Shown piece by piece: positions 1-12,269 of a DNA stretch of 64,000 nucleotides. Each line of letters opens with the position of its first letter. Positions within the stretch are counted from its first letter, which is position 1. The stretch comes from Octopus sinensis (lineage: Eukaryota). The notes below the pieces were generated by a model. The model worked only from the letters and a program-made list of their open reading frames with translations. It did no database searches and was not told where the DNA came from. The position numbers and the translations under genes were made by a program. The DNA lies in assembly GCF_006345805.1 (NCBI RefSeq), contig NC_042997.1, forward strand, positions 184,574,001-184,638,000, given 5' to 3'.

Positions 1-59
1 ATTATATGTGGTGAAAAGATAAGAAAACGACAACATTCCCACAAAAAGCCTTCTTGGCA

Positions 60-1330
60 AAAAGCCTTCAACACCAAATTCAGTTACTTATGTCTGACAT
101 AGAATATTTAAAAAGACCTTAAGTTTGACAAGACTATCAAACCTACAAAAGTATAATATGAAAACCATATTTGACATCGATACCACCATAGAAACCATCA
201 AGCAAAAGGTATGTGCTAAGGAAGGTATGAAAAGCACGTTAGATTCTTCAAGGACAACAACATGTTTAAAAATAACCCCAAAAATTTTTACACGAAGAGA
301 TGGAAAATACCAGTTACAGTAAAGTCTGTCCCATCAAAATAATTTCATGAATTTTGGAATAAAATTTGGGCAAAAAAAAAGCTCAATGAAAATTCCCTGG
401 GATTGATAGAAGAATATCTACAGACTTAGACTCCTTATATGAGCAAAAGTGGGAGAGTATCAGGGTAGAGGATGTAAGATCTGCTCTCAGGAAGTGAAGC
501 AAATGGAAGTCTCCAGGAAAAGATAAAATTCCTGACGTCTTGTTGAATGCCTTCCCAGAGAGCCATGAACTGCTAACAAAACTTTACAACAATATTTTGC
601 AACAACCTAGTACGTAAAAAAGCTATGTTTATCAAAGGAAATAACAGAAACATCTAACGTTAACCTTTACCAGCAGAATTTCGTAAAGGAGTTAGAACCA
701 GCGGAGAGCTACAAATACTCGCAATACCAGAGGGCGCACACTCTCCTACCCTGATGTAATCTCCAGGATACAGGCATCCAGCAACAGGACCTCCGTAATG
801 CCATGATGGACCGTGAAGTCTGGCGTAGCATGGTAAATTCCATTGTCTCGACCACGGTCGAACAATCATGATGATGATGATGACAAATACCTAGGAGTAT
901 TTGAAGGGGACGGAATCAAACATTCAGTGATGGAGAAAGGATCAAAATAAATATCGCAGGGTAAGAGCAATAGTCAAGACAGAGCTAAATGCAAGAAACA
1001 GGATCGAAGCGATCAATACTTTAGTCCTACCAGTCGTGACTTACAATTTCAATATCATTAACTGGTCAATTACTGAAATATGTAATCTTGACAGAAAAAT
1101 ACGAAGTTTGTTGACAATGCATAGAATGCACATCCCTAAGGCAGCTATAGAACGACTTTATCTGCCAAGAAAAGAGGGAGGCCGTGAACTTTTACAACTG
1201 GAAATAACAACGATCGTAGCCACAATTGACCCTAGACATCAACCTGAAAATCTCTGAGGACTGGATGTTAAAACTTGTCTCAAAACATGAAAACAAGAAA
1301 GCATCATACTATTATTCTTTGAAAATTCTT
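60..1330 (+). mobile_element. Degenerate non-LTR retrotransposon relic, R4/Dong-like; most of the RT core deleted; interrupted by an RTE tail
   Basis: Piecewise translation gives RYEKHVRFFKDNNMFKNNPKNFY..VPSK..FW.KIW, KWKSPGKDKIPDV, VKELEPAESYK|YLGVFEGDGIKH and INTLVLPVVTYNFNIINWSITEICNLDRKIRSLLTMHRMHIPKAAIERLYLPRKEGGRELLQLE. The RLYLPRKEGGRGL-type motif is typical of R4-type RTs. Many stops and frameshifts. Confidence 0.75.
719..882 (+). mobile_element. 5'-truncated RTE-like LINE 3' end with (TGA)n tail
   Basis: Flanked by TSD ACAAATAC (711-718, 883-890), splitting the YKYLG codons of the R4-like relic. Encodes ..DTGIQQQDLRNAMMDREVWRSMV..; ends in ATGATGATGATG. Confidence 0.8.
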
Positions 1331-1742
1331 TAATAGCCAAGTGTTGAGAGGAATTCTTTGGCGTTTGAATAATTCACCTCTGGAAACATGGGTGATTCGT
1401 TCAACGTCTTTACAACAAACCGTATTCAGGAACCTTTTGCACGAAATGAACTACTCAACCTGAAGAAAATTCTAATTGGACCCCAGCTGCAAGGACATGC
1501 GGTGTATATCTCGATATGAAATCACCACGTCACGCACATATGGTTGTGATGTATGTACCTGGTATACCCATATCAGACGAGTAGTCATGATGGTTATATT
1601 GGGTTTCATATAATTGTCGTTTAAAATATTTACATTTAAGTACATATATTATGAATATAATAACTAACAAAGACGTTGTGATAAGGATGAGTTCCTTGTT
1701 AAATAGCGAACCGTGTATAACTGACAGCATAGTACCAACAAA

Positions 1743-1782
<40 letters not shown>

Positions 1783-1972
1783 CGTATATACATGCATATT
1801 CGTATTCACACCCACGTAATTAGTAACCAATTCAAAGCCTTTCAAAAGACTTCGTTTAGAAACAAGGATGAAGAACTTACCATTTTGTTCTATATTAAAA
1901 TGTCCATACGTTCTAATATTTAAGAAGCTTTCATCACATTGTAAAAGCACTGACGCTATATTTCATTGCATT

Positions 1973-2200
1973 AAGGTGGCGAGGTGGAAGAAATGTCAGC
2001 ACGTCGGGGGAAAATACTTAGCGGAATTTCGTCCGGCTTTACAGTCAGAGTTCAAATTCCGCCGGCGTCGACTTTGCCTTTCATCCTTTCCGAGGTCGAC
2101 AAAAAAAAAAATAAGTACCAGTAAAACACTGGGGTCGATATAATCGATTTACTCCCTCTACCGAAATTGCTGGCTAGGTACCCAAATTCGAAATCAATAT
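1973..2200 (+). mobile_element. SINE family B, variant tail
   Basis: Head with GAGTTCAAATTCC B-box; core GTCGACTTTGCCTTTCATCCTTT..ATAAGTACCAG..CTGGGGTCGAT shared with more than 10 copies in the window. Confidence 0.8.
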
Positions 2201-2223
2201 ACTTCATTGGACTAAAATGAACT

Positions 2224-2410
2224 GTATGTATGTATGTATGTATGTATGTATGTATGTATGTATGTATGTATGTATGTATGTACGTATGCATATATTGATG
2301 TATGTATGTATTTATGTATGTATGCATTTATGTATGTATGTATTTATGTATGTATGTATGTATGTATGTATGTATGCATGTAAGTATGCACGTATGCATA
2401 TACTGATGTA
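2224..2410. repeat. (TATG)n microsatellite
   Basis: Direct reading. Confidence 0.95.
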
Positions 2411-3756
2411 TGTATAAATGTATTTTCGTGCGTGCACGTGATAGATGTGTTGCATGTACGTCACTTCCTATTCTGCTGTTTTCTTTACTTTTTCTCTATA
2501 TTTATCTCTATCTATCTCAAACACATAGGCGCATATACACACGCCAAATTCACTCACATTCACACACGTCGGCACACATACATTCTCACATACATACATG
2601 TGTAAGTGAACTCACAAAACAGATTTAGTTTTCTTTCATTGTTTCATTCGACGAAGCAGTGTGATAATTTTTTTTTCCTTCTTATGAAAGAAGTGATTTA
2701 GAATGTCTGTCAAGCGACAAATGGAATTTTCTAGCAAGTTATTGAATTATGGTAGCTATTATAGGTATGCAGTATGAAAGTACAACGAAGACGGATGAGA
2801 AATAGCGATAAGCTGCTTCAAACTGAAAAGTAGTGAAAGTATTGATTTATCGATCTTTATCGAGTGATAGCCTGGCAGATTAACTGCTCGCTTGTTGTGA
2901 AAATCAATAGACGATGGCTTTCAGAATCTTGCAGCAATTGTTGTTGTCCGTTAGATGGTTATTGGATTGAATGCCGAGATTATTGGGTGTTTGATGTCAA
3001 GCATATCCAACCTGTTTATCTTACTTCCACCGTGTGCCACAGAAACGGAATAGAAAGAAACATTGCACACAGCCTGTGACAGTGTGAAATGGAAGTTCGA
3101 TAGACCCTAAATAATGTGTTTGTGTGGGGTATACCGAGGAAATATTTCTGTTGATTTCTTTATTATTCTGCTATTCACGTTTAGAACTGGGAAACAGTTA
3201 CCTAGAAAATGGGATTGGATTGAATACTGCCGAATAAGCTTGTGTCATTAATGGTTGATATATACATACGCGAGTTTCTGTATCGAACATTGATGTAGAT
3301 GCTCAGTTATGCTTCTGATGTAGGGTCATAACGATACTTAACTTAAATAACGAAAAAAAAACAACAACAGCAACAACAAAACAAACGAGCAAAAAATATA
3401 TATATAGTAGTGGCCGATATTTTTTCCTGAAGGTAACCGATAAAAGAATCGCATTTTATCCAGTGTTAATGAATGGAAGAAGAAAAAGAATGCCTTATAG
3501 GCAGCATTTGCTCCTGTGAAGTTTTCAAGAAGGAACAATTTAATTCACCTCAACACGGATAGGAACAAAATGGTATAAGCGTATTTGAAATCATTATCTA
3601 AGATAGAGTAACTCTCCCGTCTCTATGCGTTTCAATATACATTTGCAATTGATACAAATGGAAATGATACAAAACAACCTCTGTAAATATATTAACAGTC
3701 TATAAAGAAAGATACGTACTTTCAAGAAGATAAGGACACTAAGATTTATAGATATT

Positions 3757-3976
3757 TATTTCTTTATTGCCCACAGGGGGCTAAACATAGAAGGGACAAA
3801 CAAACGGATTAAGTCGATTACATCGACTCCAGTGCGTAACTGGTACTTATTTAATCGACCCCAAAAAGGATGAAAGGCAAAGTCAACCTCGGCGGAATTT
3901 GAACTCAGAACGTAGCGGCTGACGAAATACTGCTAAGCATTTCGCCCGGCGTGTTAACGATTCTGCCAGCTCGCCG
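3757..3976 (-). mobile_element. SINE family B, full length
   Basis: Reverse complement of the copies at 7279 and 58598; ends ..GTGGGCAATAAAGAAAT. Confidence 0.9.
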
Positions 3977-4269
3977 ATCTGCAGATATTATCCTACGTTA
4001 CAGATGTTGAAGTAAGTTCTTTACACACTCATTTTTCTATCAAATTTGGCATTCTATATACAGAAATCAAGTTAAATTTTGCATACCAGCATACGATTGT
4101 GTAATAATCATTAAAACTCAATATCATTTTAATATAATTTATTGTAATTTCAACAAATATAACACATTATAAAAATCGCATAATATGATATAACGAACCA
4201 TCATGAACAGTGCAACAAATTTGTAATATATATGGTTTAAAAGATCTAAAACATCAACGATAGACGATT

Positions 4270-5060
4270 GAAGAAGGTGTCACAGATCACAAGGGATAAC
4301 AATGGCCAAAAGTTCTACCTTCCTTTATATCATTTCTCATTCAATTGTATGTCTTTTGACACTTCCCCAATATCCGGTTGAAAGAATTCATAATGGGGAT
4401 GCAAACAGTGCAGCTTTAATGATATTTTCCATCCGACGTTCTTGGAATTTTCAAGTAGTTTTTTCAATTAGAACACTGAAATTTTCCATTTGTTCACCAG
4501 AAACTCATTCATATGCCTTATTTCTTCAACATTACCATTTTCATATCCAGAATTTTAAATGCAAGCATTCGCTTCACCTCAGCAAATACATCAGCCTCAA
4601 CTTTTATTGTGACTCAACAAACACACCAGTAGCAACTTTTGCATCGAACAACTTTGGAAATGTTGTTCGAATATTGACATAGACTCACGAAGAATTGTTT
4701 TATCAGGCCAAGATTTATACAGAGTGGAGGAAGAAGGATTTTCTCCTCAGATATAAGAACATTGTTCTTTACGTTTTGGGTGTCCAACTGCATGATTGAT
4801 ATTTTGCCATTCACGTCTCATATTTTTTTACTATCCTAACTACTTCACGAGCACGAAAAGCATGGATGCTTAGTGCATCTACCCTGAAATCTGAACAACA
4901 ATTACCATATTCATTCCACTAATAGTTGTCATATTAGATCTTTTTCAGCAAGACTTTTATATACTTTACAGAGTAACGGACAAAAGTATATGGATGCTCT
5001 TTGCGGTTGTGTAGCGGTACTGCTTTGAGACGTCTCGCAGAGCTGGCAATTAACGCCATT
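4270..5060 (-). mobile_element. Degenerate DDE transposase relic, Chapaev(3)-like
   Basis: Collinear motifs across stops and frameshifts: LIASSARRLKAVPLHN (cf. FIDSS..LKAVLLHN), QGRCTKHPCFSC (cf. GYTK.PCFLC), EKILLPPLCINLGLIKQF (cf. PPLHIKLGLMKQF), FPKLFDAKVATGVFV, GWKISLKLHCLHPHYEFF (cf. MSLKLHFLHSHLDFF). Superfamily assignment from memory. Weaker pieces may extend to about 6400. Confidence 0.75.
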
Positions 5061-7278
5061 GATTGGGCTTGTGTCTAAAATTAATTGCTTCAATTACACT
5101 TTTAACATTAATACAGAAACAGAGAGACTCAGGTAAAGAATAGCAAGGGGCAAAAATTGCATGCTATGTGAGATCGATCGAAATTGTCACCTTTGCAGCC
5201 ATTGAGTTATATTCTTTCAATCTGGATGTCGGCAGCTTTGGACTAGATTTAATGAGATTCGAGTTTCTTATAAGGTCATTAAGCTCTTATTGGAATTCTT
5301 CATATGAGCATGCTGCTTCCTAGTCTTGTCACTTTTCATTATTATCAAACATTTTGATGTCAATATCATCTGTTGATTCAAAAATTGTACAAGCTGGAAC
5401 TGGCAGTTGTTCGACATTATCTCTGGGGGTAGATCTATTCTGAAACATGAAACTTCGTTCATGACCGGTTGTCAGAAAATGTTTAAATATTTAAATATAT
5501 TCTTAAGTCTCAACCGTATTGAGTGTTTCTATTGGCTGAAACTATCAACAAACGAATACTAAACATACACACATAATCACATATATATACATTGAACACT
5601 ATAGTCATAGATGCCACTCACTTTAATATATCAAGGATAGGATTCTAGTCACTTCTTAGCAGTGTTATCGGAGGATCTTCCGGGGAAATATCTCAACCCT
5701 GGAAAACATACGGCTTTTCAGCTGCTGAAATAAAATCTTCCAGAAGACAAGCACTGGTCTCAATGAGCTACCATCTCAACTCTTGCTAATGTCTAGAATC
5801 AGCTGCTTGCCAAACATTTATATCATCCTTTTTTCAAAATATCCCTGGGATGTCACACGATCACGAATGAAAAACGCGTAAACATGTTCATCGGCCATAA
5901 TGAAAGAGAGCGAATGCATCTCAATTTCTATTTTGCTGATGGTTTCTATATACAGATTTGATAATTTAAGGTTGTTGAACAAGTGCCCCTGTGCTTCTAC
6001 TAGCACGCTGGCCCAAATGCATTCATGCATTTCAATCGCGACGTATTGTTATTGATCTAAAAATTTAGCACAGCTTGTTTTGAAAAAACCTCATTCTGAA
6101 GAACCCTTCAAGGAATAATCCTAAAGATATTCAAGATGAAGATATTTCAGTTTGAGGGACATTTCATGTTCGTCAGAACGCGGCATTTTCACCTTGAAGT
6201 TCTTGGGATTTTGGGGGCTCTTTCTAAAATTATCTTCGTCACATAAGAACTTGTTCCGCTGTTCTGACCACAACCTTGTCATCCTTACTATCTAAAACAT
6301 TTTTGTCATCGGTAGGAACTTATATATTTCCCATATTTTGTGAACACTATTTTCTTTAAATATTGCCAATCTGGCCCTTTAATACATTCAATAAAATCGC
6401 TGTACTTAGGTGAATCAAAACATGTGTAGACTGATAAAGTTATGAAAAAAGAAGAGGTATGGATAACGAGATTATTTATTACATATATTACATATAATTC
6501 GATATAATTTATACAAATAGAATAACTAGATAATTATATAAAACCAATAATTGAAGAATATATATGAAAAATATTTAGGTAACCCGCCCCGCACAAATGA
6601 GCAAATATTATTCAAGCGGAGTCAAACTACTACACACATTTTTAAAACCCCTCAATCTACGGCGTAGATTGTTCCATCTCAAATATACCCGTTTGCCTTT
6701 CGAATGTCGGAGTGTGTGAGAAAAGGCCTACATCTTCGTAAAACTCTGGTATATTTGATAACAGCATGTTGATATGTTTTTCACTAGTGGTTTATCGTTT
6801 GAATGTCACCATTACTACTCAAATCAGCAGCTTATATCTCATTCACTTGTATCAATTTGTTTTAGAAGCTTAACGGTTTCTTCTTGAAAGTTCTCCGTAC
6901 AGTGATCTTTGTGGCTTTGGAGGAATCAGATCTCTCAGTCCTGATTTATTCTGCAAAAGGAATGGACCTTACTTCAGTTACTTTGCATACTTTCTCTTAG
7001 CGTTAACTTTTCTTCTTCATGGCTGTTTTCCGTTTCCTGCTATCTATTTTTCCTGTCCTGATTATTGTTTTCATTGAATAGTGACCGTGGCCGAGTAAAG
7101 AACCCTCATTATTGACTCCTCTTCCCGCGAACGATGTAGATCTTTCAGCCATCCTCGGGGCTGCAACGCGTAATGCGACTGGCGATTCTACTGATACAGG
7201 GATTTCCATGAATTGCTATTGTTTTGATTGTCCCTACCGGGACCTCATTCTCTGCTTCTGTATTATATACCCCTTAAA

Positions 7279-7509
7279 AGGCGGCGAGCTGGCAGACACG
7301 TTAGCACACCGGGCGAAATGCGTAGCCGTATTTCGTCTGCCGTTACGCTCTGAGTTCAAATTCGGCCGAGGTCGACTTTGCCTTTCATCCTTTCGGGGTC
7401 GATAAATTAAGTACCAGTTTCGCACTGGGGTCGATGTAATCGACTTAATTCCTTTGTCTGTCCTTGTTTGTCCCCTCTATGTTTAGCCCCTTGTGGGTAG
7501 TGAACAAAT
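7279..7509 (+). mobile_element. SINE family B with 16-bp TSD
   Basis: TATATACCCCTTAAAA on both sides (about 7264-7279 and 7510-7525); empty-site paralog at about 9010-9185. Confidence 0.92.
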
Positions 7510-7650
7510 ATATACCCCTTAAAACGCACGCTGTTTCTAAGACTTCTACCTGGCCTCTTCGTGAATGCCCTTCATACGACACCTTCCTGTTATGATTCTG
7601 TGATCTTCAAACCATTGCTGGCCTATAAGACATTCGCTATCTGCCTGTAT

Positions 7651-7876
7651 TCTTATTTCATTATTACCCACAAGGGGCTAAACATAGAGGGGACAAACAA
7701 AGACAGACAAAGGGATTAAGTCGATTACATCGACCCCAGTGCATAACTGGTACTTAATTTATCGACCCCGAAAGCATGAAAGGCAAAGTCGACCTCGGCG
7801 GAATTTGAACTCAGAACGTAACGACAGACGAAATACAGCTAAGCATTTCGCCCGACGTTTCCGCCAGCTCGCCGTA
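7651..7876 (-). mobile_element. SINE family B with short TSD
   Basis: Reverse-complement copy flanked by CTGCCTGTA on both sides. Confidence 0.9.
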
Positions 7877-8129
7877 TTCTGCCTGTAATCTACTTATGGA
7901 TTAGGGATGATATATCGTTCCACACAATGGCCAGGGGTACACGTAATTGAACATTTGTTTGTGCTTCAACAAGCATTTCTTCGTAGTCTTTTATTTATTT
8001 GTTTTTAGTTTGTTATAAGTTTCTTGCGCTATTTTCAAAATTTTTATATGAGTTGGATTATATGTGTGTGTGTGTGAGAGAGACATTCATTCTAAGTAAT
8101 GTTTATGCATTGATGTATATGTCTCATTA

Positions 8130-9400
8130 AATACTTGATGTTTGTGTGTACGAATGCATAGCTGATGCTCGTTCGCTGTAGGGTTATTGTTCTTGGAGTT
8201 AGTGCAGATTCAGTTATGTTTTCGTTTTTTGTGGTGCTTGTAATGTTGGCGATGTTCCTAGAGTTGAGGATGTATGCAGTATTGCGTGCTTGGTTGTGTG
8301 TGTGATTGCTTGTGTTAGTGCTGTTAGTGTTGCTGTTGATGGTGCTGCTGATATTGCTGATATTACTGATATTGCTGTTGTGGTGAATGCATCAGCAACA
8401 GAAGATATCTTTCTGTTTGTTGTAGGCAGAAAGCTCTTAGAATATTTGCGTTCCCACATTTACAGTATCTCACATTTCTCCTTTCAACTGTTATAAAATG
8501 CTGAAAGCCATTTGGGAGGTGGATTTATTCAGTAATGGCATCCATGCATTCTTGACGCACTTAGATTAATAGCTTCAGCCCAGTTTCCAGTCAATTTACA
8601 TTTTACAGTCTGTGAACTATAGAAAACTCGTTTTATTTTTTATGCCATATATTACGGCCTCCACAAGCAAGATATCTACTTCTGGTGGTACCTCAGCCAC
8701 CTTATTTCTACCACTCGCGACCAAGGGATATTGGAATCAGGAGTAGTTCGCCACACTTTAGTGTTGTTACTGAGTTTTCTTTCGCTTTTTCAATTGAAAC
8801 CTCACTTCAACTGTGCCAAAACGCTTTTCTCTAGCGACATAAGCTTTCATGACCCGAATTGGTTTAAGGTACTTTTTCCTCTGGTCTAAGCCGCTCGTTC
8901 AAATCGTTTAGCATTAAGTCATTTCATTGCATTTCATTGTTTTATTGGTGGGTAGGGAGTTCTTGAATTTGTTGCGGTGTATTTAGATATATTGTTCTGA
9001 CATTTTTGATTGTATCTACCGGGACCTCATTCTCTGCTTCTGTATTATATACCCCTTAAAACGCATGCTGTTTCTAAGACTTCTACCTGGACTCTTCATA
9101 GGACACCTTCCTGTTATGATTCTGTGATCTTCATACCATTGCTGGCCTATTAGACATTCACTATCTGCCTGTATTCTACTTATGAATACTCTGGTCTAAG
9201 TCGCTCGTTCAAATCGTTTAGCTTTAAGTTCATTTCATTGTACTTCATTATTTTATTGGAGGGTGGGGAGTTCTTGAATTTGTTGCGGTGTATTCAGATA
9301 TATTGTTCTGCAATTTTTAGTGACGTGTTTGTGCATTTCTTCTTCCGATAAGAAAAAAATGCCTCTCATTTTCTGAATATACTCTCAAATCTGTTTCCAC
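8130..9400 (-). mobile_element. Degenerate Tx1/L1-type ORF1 (gag-like) relic with internal duplication
   Basis: Translation ..KCGELLLIPISLGR/VVEIRVAEVPPEVDILLVEAVIYG.. aligns by eye with REILFLPTYCGRKLTWAWVCDFPPGIEPEWIEDTICRG at 37.7 kb. Followed by LPNG..ITVERR..RYCKCGNANILRAFC (decayed zinc knuckle) and a Thr/Ala-rich tail. 8880-9000 is duplicated at 9190-9310. Confidence 0.6.
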
Positions 9401-10159
9401 TCTGTTTGTGAGCCTCAGTATTTATAATGTTGGTGGTGGTAGTGGAGGTGATCATAGTTGTTTCAATGGTCTATTTTTCTTGCTTGTCACTGTTTTTGTT
9501 GTTCTTGTTAGTATTCACAACAATCAGGCCGTTATTATCGAAGAGTAACATTAAGAGTGACAAAACTAAATTGAGGACTCTCCTTGGTCGGTAGTGTAAT
9601 ACTCCGTCGACGCAAGATACGGTTGTGCGATGTCAAAATAAACATCTAATCCCGTTTGTATATTTTCAAATATTGGGATAAATTCAACTTCTCTGCTAGT
9701 TTAGATCTTTGTAGACGGGAAATATAAAACTATTCAATTTTTCTTGAATGTGAATGTGGTTGTGAAACTAGTGGAGTAAAGAATCAATGTTTGGAGTAGT
9801 CTTGTCAAATATATGTATTGTGGAGTTGAATACAAAGAGGGAATTCAATTGGATACAAAGAGGAAAGTTTTTAACTTGCTATATAACCATATTGGTAGAA
9901 AGGTGAAGGATAAAATTATGAAAATTTAGTAGATAACCGTCCTTTTGATAAAACGCCAAAGATACTGAAGATATATTTTACTTTTCGCGTAGAGGGACTG
10001 CAAGGTTTGAAGGGTAGGTAGAAGCATCTAGAAACATGGTGAGTATTTTCAAGTGCAGTGTGCCGTATTCTTGACTTCCATTGCTACAGGCGTGTATGAA
10101 TCACAGGTTAATTGAGATTATGCACGTTAATTGTCCGAGCGATTAATCACTAAATTTTA

Positions 10160-10372
10160 CTAAACCTTATTAAAACGTTCAGCATATTATGCGAAATACT
10201 TAGCGACATTTCGTTCGTCTTTACATTCTGATTTCTAATTCCGCCGAGGTTGACTTCACCTCTCATCCTTTCAGGGTCGGTGAAACAAGTCCCAGTTGAG
10301 AATTGGAGTCGATGTAATCGACTTACCTGCTTCCCCGAAGTTGCTGGCCTTGTATCAAAATTTGAAACCAAT
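10160..10372 (+). mobile_element. SINE family B, diverged, variant tail
   Basis: Same core; tail ..GAAGTTGCTGGCCTTGTATCAAAATTTGAAACC resembles the 2.1-kb copy. Confidence 0.75.
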
Positions 10373-12173
10373 TAAAAAGATTTATTGGCTATAAAAATAG
10401 AGAACGATACAGAGTGCAGAATACTTCCAGTGTTATGAACATGGTTTAAGTGAACATCGTTTTAAGCAAAACGCATTCAAACTAAATACTTTGTACATTT
10501 CGTGTACATGCTGGCTACAGAGGATGTAAAATGTACAGCGCGAGGAAGCATTCAAGTGATGTTTGATTCCCATTAAGCCGCCAAGAGTGAAGCAGAAACG
10601 AAAAGAGTTTCGGCTTGCATGCATATGGAATTACATACAGAGTTATATGTGGAGAAAAATGCATCATTTCACGAGTGATTGTCTGATACTACCCAAATAT
10701 TAGATTAGATCTACTCTATATATCTTACACAAAGTATTGTAAATATATATTATACAAATTTGTCACAATGGAAAAAGTTAAAATCAGTGCATATAACGAT
10801 ATGAATACAGAATCATAAAAATATATTATACTGCAATGCACCTATGCAAATACATATGTAGAATTGTAATATTTTCTCTTAATGCAAACACCAGGCCTAC
10901 ATTTATTGAGTAACTCTTTCTATTTCGCAACGCGATCAGAAGAACTATTTTGTCGCACTGTTAGCCAAGCAGATGACGCATAAAAATAAAAGTGACATTG
11001 ACTTTTTAATTTATATACATGTATAACTATATAAATTAACTGATTTCATTACCGCTACCAATATCTAAGGGAAATTATGTTGCTATATAATTACGTATGT
11101 AAACGGATTTCTATTGCAATTAGCTTTTCGTATGGCTGGTTTTCTATTTTGTGTAACTCTTACCTCACCGTATATATGACGTGTAAATTTGAGCTGACAA
11201 GTATACTTAATAATCCAAATAATTTGGTAGAAGAGAAGTATTTCTATAAGCAAAAATCGGCAAACGTATTCGTCTTACTTATTAATATTTCTTAACGTCG
11301 CTTCTTCGGCAATCACTTTTTCTTTCTTTCTTTCTTTTTCTTTTCTGAGATATTAAATTTGTCATTAAAACTTCGTAACCAGTCAGGAAAACATTGATTG
11401 AAGCAAGCAGAGGAGAAAAAGAGTGACATATCATTGTTTGGTAGTTATATTCGGTGCCAGAATGAAAGAATGTACATACAACGGTATAAATATTTCAAGA
11501 AAAACATTTATTTGGTTGTGTCATATAAAAGACTTATGGCAAAATATGAAGGATTACTAGTTTTATTTTTGTGCCTCTATGCGCATGTATATAGTGGTTT
11601 GTACGTGCATGTGTATTTTTGTTGTCTATTAAGTAGTAAATACCTTTACAATAATCATGAACATTCTTTTTTTTTCTTTTCATTATTAGTATTTAGTACT
11701 TGTTCCAAGAGTTCTTATTGAATAACCTTCAGCTCTCCTCTGTTTTTTACATCCCCTAACCCGAAAATTTCTTTCTGTGTTTCATTCGTGAGCTCGTCGT
11801 TAAATATTCATGATTCTGAATACATAAACTTTAATAGCAATTAGTGTCGGAGGTCAATATTTCCTAACATTTTTACGTCATCCCCTTGTCAATAATGCAT
11901 TAATATGACGGACAATTAAGCTGCTTGGCATAGTAAAGTACTTTAATAGACCGTTTAGGTCAATATTGATCTACGATTTTATGTTGCTACGTTCCCAATA
12001 AATCAATATTACGTGATTATCGATGTTTGATATCAGCTGCTTCATATTAAGGATTGATTATATTCGATATGTTTGTGTCCCTAATGCTGGATTTTGCTGT
12101 ATTTGTTGGTTTTGAACTACTTTTCTATGGACTTAGTAAAAACATTTTATAAGAAAGGAAATTATTCTTTTAG

Positions 12174-12269
<96 letters not shown>

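Noticed and set aside
2750-2960. QLLQDSESHRLLIFTTSEQL (-) reminiscent of MULE transposases
   Set aside because: One short motif; the DGTF catalytic motif is not recoverable.
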